The translations under genes and the position numbers were made by a program. Shown here piece after piece: positions 57,871 to 64,000 of a DNA stretch of 64,000 nucleotides. Numbering within the stretch: the first letter of the stretch is position 1; every line of letters begins with the position of its first letter. This DNA is from Lama guanicoe. Lineage: Eukaryota. The DNA is taken from NCBI GenBank assembly GCA_013239625.1, contig MU053994.1, forward strand, positions 1,615,775-1,679,774, written 5' to 3'. The notes under the pieces are model-generated. The model was not told the DNA's origin. It worked only from the letters and a program-made list of their open reading frames with translations, and searched no databases.

Positions 57871-58320
57871 CGTGGCAGATGCTGCCAACGGCCTGCTTGC
57901 GTGCACCCGGCACTCACTGCTCCCCTGCAAGCTGGCAGCTGCTGACTGCAAGAACCTGCGAGAAGCCTGCGGGCTTTCTCTGGCTGCGGGAACAAGCGCT
58001 GCTTCCCACAGGGCAGGACTGAGGTGCCAAGCTGAGACTCCCAGGAGCAGTCTTCAGCCAACGAGGTCAGGAGTTAGAGAACAAATCCACCAACTTCCTT
58101 GCCCTTGGGTGGGACAACTCTGCAGTGTGTTCTACGGTCTCCCAGAGTCCCCCCAGGGGGACTGGGTCCCAGTCGCTCACAGCAGTAACCTTCCCATCGC
58201 TGCTCTTGCCCCCCACCTCCATTCTCTGCTGGTGCCTTCTGGAAGCACTATTTTTCATTTACCACCGGCACTCACATCTCAGCTGAGAGTCTGATTCTGA
58301 GGGAAACCCAACCTAAATCA
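57871..58320 (+). mobile_element. LTR33 solo LTR
   Basis: gggctttctctggctgc...gggtgggacaactctg..gtgttctac..ctcccagag...gggaaacccaacctaaatca; TSD cttaa/cttca. Confidence 0.85.
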
Positions 58321-58410
58321 CTTCACTTTTGAGTTTACCTGCCTGTAAAACTGGGGCAAATACAGTACCTTTCTCATAGAAATCATGAGAATTAAAAGGG
58401 ATGAGGTAGG

Positions 58411-58489
58411 TGGAGTGCGTGCTTAGCATGCTGGGGTCCCAGGTTCAATCCCCAGTACCTCCATTTGAAAAAATAAAAAAAGGCTTAAA
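58411..58489 (+). mobile_element. 5'-truncated vic-1-type tRNA SINE
   Basis: gtgcttagcatg..ggtcccaggttcaatccccagtacctcc + A tail; 17-bp TSD aaaagggatgaggtagg/aaaagggattaggtggg. Confidence 0.85.
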
Positions 58490-59179
58490 AAAAGGGATTA
58501 GGTGGGTAAAGCCCTTAGCATGGTGCTTGGCACCTAGGAAGCACTCTATAAATTTGTGAAATTAATATTATTAGCTAAAAGACTTAATAACCTAAAGATT
58601 TCTCCTTTCCATTCTCCAAGTCCTCCACTCATAGTCCTCATCAACTCAACTCCTGGGTCCTTTGAACATATCACAATATCCAGCCCCTTCTATGGCTTGA
58701 TCTTTTGAGGTGCCATTTTTCTAGCTCAAATAACAAGAGGCCTTATACGTTAAATGCGTTCCCAGCACCCCAAGCCTGCACCTCTGGGTCTGGATGCATG
58801 GGGACCCCCGCCTCCACGTCTTCACTAGAAGGGCAGAAATCTGTTGTGCTGAAACTCTGAGACAGCCACATCTGGCCTCTTGATGCTTCCATGTCCCGCA
58901 TCTCCCCAGAAGCCAGCAGAGTCCTGGGCAGCAGGGAAACGCAAGCCCTGAAGGGTGGTGCCAAGTGCCGGGGAGCCTCTCCGGAGTCCTAGATCTTAAC
59001 TGCCCCTTCATCTAACTCTAGCCCAAGCCAGCTTTAGCGTGTACCCAACACACACCCCCCTCCAGAGCTCTGTTTCTCACAACCATTGACCCTTGAGGGT
59101 GAGGCACAGGTCACCCACCGCAGTGGAGTTCTTGGTCACCTACCCTCATTCATACTCCTGCTGACACTCACCTGGAGGG

Positions 59180-59669
59180 TGTTTAGTTACCTAGCGCTGC
59201 ATAATCCCCATACTTAGTGGCTTAAAACAACCATGACGCATTATTTCTCTCAGGAGTTTGTGGGCTGACTGGGCAGATCTTCTGCTAGCCGAGGTTGCTC
59301 ATGCAGCTAAAGACCTCTGGTGGCTCAACTGGGGCTGCACTATCCAAGGCCACTATCTGTGGCCTCACTCACAGTCATGTTGGTTGTTACTGGCTGTTAG
59401 CGGCGTGGCCATGGTTCTCCTCCACGTGCTCTCTCCACACATCAGCTTGGGCTTCCTCACAACATGGCTGCTGAGTATCAAAAGGGAACAATCCAAGGGG
59501 ACAAACTCCAACATAGAAATGCCTATTAAGCCTCTGTTGGCATGATGCTTCCTAGTGTCCCTCTGGCCAAAGCAAGTCACATGGATAAGCCTGCAGAGTC
59601 AGTATGGAATCTCATCAGTACTGGAAACTGTGGTTCATGGCGGGGCTACCAATGTAACAAGCTACTATA
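59180..59669 (-). mobile_element. MLT1G/H-type MaLR LTR
   Basis: acttagtggcttaaaacaac...gggcttcctcacaacatggctgctg...ggccaaagcaagtcacatgg. Confidence 0.8.
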
Positions 59670-59830
59670 GAAGGCTCCCACATGGCAAGGCCACCTTAAT
59701 TGACCATGCACATGGTACCAACCTCCCAGGATATATCATCCAGCAAGCAAGGCTGTTCCATCATCATCTCCCCATGTACCTTACCCTGATCGGGCTGACC
59801 CACTCAGCCACAAAAAAGCCTCTGAGGTAC

Positions 59831-60300
59831 TGGATCAATTATGATTCTTTGGGTTGAAAGTCATAGCAACTCAATTCAAACTATCTTAAAATAGTGAATG
59901 TACTGCTTCACATAACAAAAAAGTCCAGAGGTTGTTAGCTTCAGGCATGGCTAGATCTAGGTGTTCAAATGACATGATTAGTACTCATTCTCTATGTTCC
60001 CATTTATTGGTTCTGCCCTTCTTCGTGTTGACTTCATCATCAGGAAAGCTTCTTTGGTGTGGTGCTAAAGATACCCCATTGGCAACTCATGCTTACCTCC
60101 TCCTGCTTTATAAAATGCAGGAGAAAGAGAGCTTCTCTGTTCAAATAGTTCCCACCAGTGTCCCAGAAATAGGTCTGGTTGGCCAGGCTTGTGTCACATG
60201 TCTGTCTGTCTGGTTGGCCTCTGCTAATGGGTCAAACCTAGAGCTAAGGGTGGGAGCGTCTGCCCCAGCCAAACCCTGTGCACTGAAACGGGGGAGGGTT
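59831..60300 (-). mobile_element. MLT1K/L-type MaLR LTR
   Basis: ttgaaagtcatagcaactcaattcaaact...gcttcaggcatggctagatctagg...ggttggccaggcttgtgtcacatg. Confidence 0.7.
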
Positions 60301-60302
60301 AG

Positions 60303-60935
60303 CATATGAGTGAGGATTCTCTAGAGAAACAGAACCAATAGATGTGTGTATACGTATACAGAAAAAGAGAGATTTATTTTAAGGAGTTGGCTCATGTAAT
60401 GATGGAGGCTGGCAAATCCAAAATCTGCAGGGTGGAGTCGAAGAGTGTATAGCTCAGTGGTAGAGCACGTGCTTAGCAGGCATGAGGTCCTGGGTTAAAT
60501 CCCCAGTACCTCCATTAAATAAATAAACAAATAAATAAATACCCTAATTACCTCCCCCCAGAAAAAAATTTAATTACAAAAAAAAAGAAATTAGGTAACA
60601 CTGTCAGTAAAATTCTTAAATAGTAAATTCTGCAGGATGGACTGGCAGGCTGGAGACCCAGGAAAGAGCTGATGGTGCAGTTCAAGTCCAAGGGCCTGTC
60701 TGCTGGGAGAATTCTCTCTTGCTCAGGAGAGGCCAGTCTTTGGTTCTATTCAGGCTTTAACTGATTGAATGAGGCCCACCCACATTAGGGAGGGTTAGCT
60801 GCTTTACTCAAAGTCCACCGATTTAAATGTTCGTCTTATTCCAAAACACCCTCACAGAAATGTCCAGAGTAATGTTTGACCACATATCTGGGCACCGTGG
60901 CCCAGCCAAGTTGGCACCTACAATCAACTGTCACA
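60303..60935 (-). mobile_element. MLT2B (ERVL) solo LTR interrupted by SINE
   Basis: ttctctagagaaacagaaccaatag...ttggctcatg...tgattgaatgaggcccacccacatt...ccagccaagttggcac. Confidence 0.9.
60437..60624 (+). mobile_element. Full-length vic-1-type tRNA-derived SINE
   Basis: A box TAGCTCAGTGG (60450-60), degenerate B box GTTAAATCC (60494-502), tail ...cctaattacctccccc...; 17-bp TSD aaaatctgcagggtgga/aaattctgcaggatgga. Confidence 0.88.
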
Positions 60936-61054
60936 GTTAATTTCTCCAATGACAACCAAAATGCTATTACCGGGTACAGGGAAGGCAAAAACACAAACAT
61001 CCACTAGAATTACAAAATAAATAGTGGAGCTCAGCAAAGCCAGCTTCCAGACAT

Positions 61055-61490
61055 GAGGGAAATGAGTGCATATTACCAAGTGAAAGAAACCAATCTGAAA
61101 GGCTACATAACTGTATGATTCCACTTACGTGACATTTTGGAAAAAGTACATCTATCGAGACAATAAAAAAAATCTGTGGTTGCCCGGGGTTAGGGAGAGG
61201 GAGTGATGAATAGGTGGAGCATAGAAGATTTTTAAGGCAGTGAAGATACTCTGTGTGATGCTCCAGCGGTGGATACATGTCATGTGGCCAAACCCACAGA
61301 ATGTACAACACCAAGAGTGAACCGTAATGTAAATTATGGACTTCGGGTGATAATGACATATTGATGTAGGTTCACTGATTGTTACAAATGTACTACTACT
61401 CTGAAGGGTCGGGGAGGCTGTGTGTTGGGGTACATGGGAAATCTCCATTTTGCTATAAACTTTAAAATGTTCTAAAAAAGATAAAACCTT
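61055..61490 (+). mobile_element. L1MC1-type 3' end
   Basis: aagtgaaagaaaccaatctgaaaggctaca...aaacccacagaatgtacaacaccaagagtgaacc.taatgtaaattatggact. Confidence 0.88.
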
Positions 61491-61650
61491 ATAGCACAGG
61501 GAACTATATTCACTATCTTGTAGTAACCTATCATGAAAAAGAATATGACAAGGAATATGTGTTTGTACGTGTATGACTGAAACATACAGTACATCAGAAA
61601 CTGACGCAACATTGCAAACTGACTATACTTCAAAAAAATAAATAATAAAA
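61491..61650 (+). mobile_element. Young camelid-type L1 3' tail inserted in the L1MC1 tail
   Basis: atagcacagggaactatattc...aactgactatacttcaa; duplication ataaaacct (61481-89 / 61650-58). Confidence 0.85.
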
Positions 61651-61881
61651 TAAAACCTATTCATAGAAATAAAAAAGGGAGAAAAAGAGGTTAATCAAAA
61701 GCCAGATACATGTCTATGCATGTGACCAGAAGTTACTAAAGGTGCCTGGAGGTGACCCAGAGGCTGGGGCTGGAACATGAGCGAGCATCTCCCAGCCTGC
61801 TGTGGCCTGGAAGGCCAGTGTGGGTCCTCCCTCCCCAACCTGGAGGTCTTGACCTAAAGCAGCGAACTCTGTGGAGGCATC

Positions 61882-62130
61882 TGTGATGGACTCTATGAAG
61901 CACCTCCCAGATCCCCCCTTCCCAGCTGAGGCTTGCATTCTCCCAGCTGCTGGGGTGTCAGTTACTGAAGACCCTCAGCCAAGTCCCCTCCTAGAATATC
62001 CCCCGGCCAGCAGAGCTAGTTTCAGCCAAGGTCACGTCCCTTCCCCCTGGGTAGCCAGAGACCAATGACCAGTCAGTGGTGGGGTATAGAAATCCCTGCC
62101 TTCTTGCTTCAATTTCAGAACAACTCTGCA
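61882..62130 (+). mobile_element. LTR16-family 5' part
   Basis: cccagatccccc...cccagctgctgggg...ccaaggtcacg...ccaatgac...ggggtataga...caactctg. Confidence 0.75.
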
Positions 62131-62519
62131 CCCCGGAAGGAAGAATCACCAGGTTCTTGCGAGACCAGAGGGTGCCTTTACCTACATTGGAGACCTTGGA
62201 AGCCCTGAGAAATGTCCCTTGGCCACAGACCACAAGTCACCGGTGTGGTAGTAACTGTGTGGCATCAGACGCAAGACTTGGCCAGAAAAAGCAGTCTTCA
62301 ATAGAAAGACTCCAGCTGTAGCGGAAGGTAGAGCCCCCTACCCCGGGCGCCCCCTCTTTGTTGTTTGTGCTGCGAGAGTGCATGCACGTGTGTATTTGTG
62401 TGGCTGGAGTGAATAAATGTTTAAATCAGTGTGTCCATTATAATTAGAGAGATTCTTCCTTCTTCTTCAAGGAATGCACTTCCCCCACCCTCACGCATCT
62501 CCCTATCCCGCAGATGGGA

Positions 62520-62655
62520 TCTGGCACTTGACCCCCAGCCTTGTGAGTTGTACTCACCAACCTTAGCATCCCTTCCCCCATCTTGAGCTCCTCAAGGGCA
62601 TCTGCTTAGTGCTGGCTACACAAGGAATGATCAAAAACGGATGGAATGAATGAAA
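62520..62655 (+). mobile_element. L2 3' end
   Basis: tgagctcctcaagggca...cttagtgctggc...gaatgaatgaa. Confidence 0.5.
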
Positions 62656-64000
62656 AACATGGCTGGGAGAGAGGCAGTTAATTCTGGCTATGACCCCAGA
62701 GAAGACACCCTAACTGCGTCTCAGGAATTCCTGTCCTCATATAGCTTTCCTGGAGCAGTAGGAGTCTCAGTATTCAGAGAGAAAACAGATCCACACGCAC
62801 CTGTCCTCCTGGACACCCTGCGCACGGTAAGCCCTCCTCCAGGCAAAATATCTGACTTCCTCAGCACCTGGGGAAATGCTGGAGCGCAGCTGCCTGCACC
62901 CCACCCCAGCATGGAGGAGGGGCGCCCCAGGCCTCCCTCCCCACCCCTCATCCTTCTTGGCACAGGGCCTGGCAGCCGGGCTAGCCATGGAGTGCTCAGG
63001 GCGCGGCTGCCTTGGGCTGACGGAGTAATGCGTTATTTCAACCGATCAACTTATCAACGCACAGTTTGATGTGTGTTTGGGGCTGGTGTTAACCCAGGAG
63101 AAAAGCCATGGATTTTCACTTGAAATAAATCCAGGCAGAAAGGCTCACCTTGCTGAAGGCGCCTTCCCTTCCCCCACTGCAACACACTTCCCACCCAGGC
63201 CCATTCTCGGGGAGGGTCTTGGTAGGTGGGGAGATGAGGCAGGACCAGATCCTTCCTAATCCTCTCTCTTAAAACCACAGCTGAGGCAGCCGAACGTGCC
63301 TGCCCTTTTGAAGGGCCTTTCAGACAGGAGCATGTGCGTGGGGGACCTTATTTTTTTAACATCCTCCCCAGTTACTCCCCCAGAGACTCAAAGAACCGTG
63401 GGCTCCTGCCTAGGCTGAGCGTGCACAGGTCTGGGGAGACCCTGTGGGAAGATGGGCTCCTGGCTGGAGAAATATTCTTCCTGCACAGAGCTGTGCCGCA
63501 GAGCCCGGGCGGGGGCTCAGGCCCCCATCCTTCTGGGGCCTGCATTTCTCAAGGGAGAAATAATTGGCCTGTCTATAGAGCATCAGGATTCAAATAAAGC
63601 TGAAAAACACATGCAGCCCTGCGAATTCTATAAATGTGGAATTACAAATGATGGCCCGCCACCACAAACGCACACGTGCGCACACAGCGCTCAAGGCTGC
63701 CTCTGCGTTTTTCTCTGATTGTTTCCCAGATCTACCTGATTCAAATAAGCCCACTCTCATTTGAACTGGAGGCAATCAGGGTGGAAAATAACCCTATGCC
63801 GTTGGTGCAGGTCCAAAGTGTCACCATTTGGCATCCTGACACGGCCGATGTCCCCATCAGCTGTTCAACGTCAGCCAAAGGGGGCCTCCCCCAGCCAACA
63901 AATCAGAGATTTCATTAACCAGCAAAGCCTCCCGGAAGGATGGGCGACCTCACGTGGGCCTCCCCCACCCCTCCCCTCCCCCTCCCTCCTGCTACACAAA

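Larger units (their letters stand above)
57770..58575 (+). mobile_element. MIR split by LTR33 and a SINE
   Basis: ttggagtcagg..ctgggttca...gtgaccctgggcaagtacttaa | ctgtaaaactgggg..gtacct | gtaaagcccttagcatggtgcttggcac. Confidence 0.8.

Noticed and set aside
60437..60512. tRNA-like sequence (also 37241-37337 and 58411-58489)
   Set aside because: A-rich tail, TSDs and a mutated B box mark these as SINE heads, not tRNA genes.
10853..61650. L1 strand bias (about 9 plus vs 4 minus) as evidence for a minus-strand host gene
   Set aside because: The counts are too small and LTR orientations are mixed, so intronic vs intergenic status cannot be decided.
1..64000. CRISPR array, operon, prophage, intact retrovirus or other novel coding system
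   Set aside because: There are no regularly spaced repeats, no long coding ORFs and no gag/pol/env, and all LTRs are solo. The sequence is eukaryotic non-coding DNA.

Overview
This is mammalian, non-coding genomic DNA, not prokaryotic. It is most likely from a camelid (alpaca, llama or camel). The evidence is three tRNA-derived SINEs of the camelid vic-1 type and several young L1 3' tails of the cetartiodactyl/camelid type; I saw no Alu, BovB/Bov-tA, PRE-1 or Can-SINE. I recognise no protein-coding exon, RNA gene or CRISPR array, and the ORF track is spurious apart from L1 ORF2 C-terminal remnants. By eye about half the window is interspersed repeat: MIR, L2, L3/CR1, L1M and young L1 tails, MaLR (MLT1) and ERVL (LTR33/LTR16/MLT2) solo LTRs, and hAT/Tigger DNA-transposon fossils. 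These are often nested and many target-site duplications (TSDs) are still readable. The repeats alternate with repeat-poor blocks rich in homeodomain, PBX-HOX, FOX, TCF, RFX, STAT and nuclear-receptor motifs, which is the look of a gene desert or large intron holding developmental enhancers. The host locus cannot be identified from this window. The most unusual observations are: (1) a near-perfect 30-37 bp inverted repeat bracketing an ancient L1MC fragment (54464-55052); (2) two LTR33 copies 48 kb apart that carry a MER119-like transposon at apparently the same internal site; (3) a candidate minus-strand exon overlapping a perfect RFX X-box (9686-9780). Repeat family names come from recalled consensus sequences, and boundaries are approximate unless a TSD is quoted. 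I cannot support a claim of a new biological system from this sequence alone.
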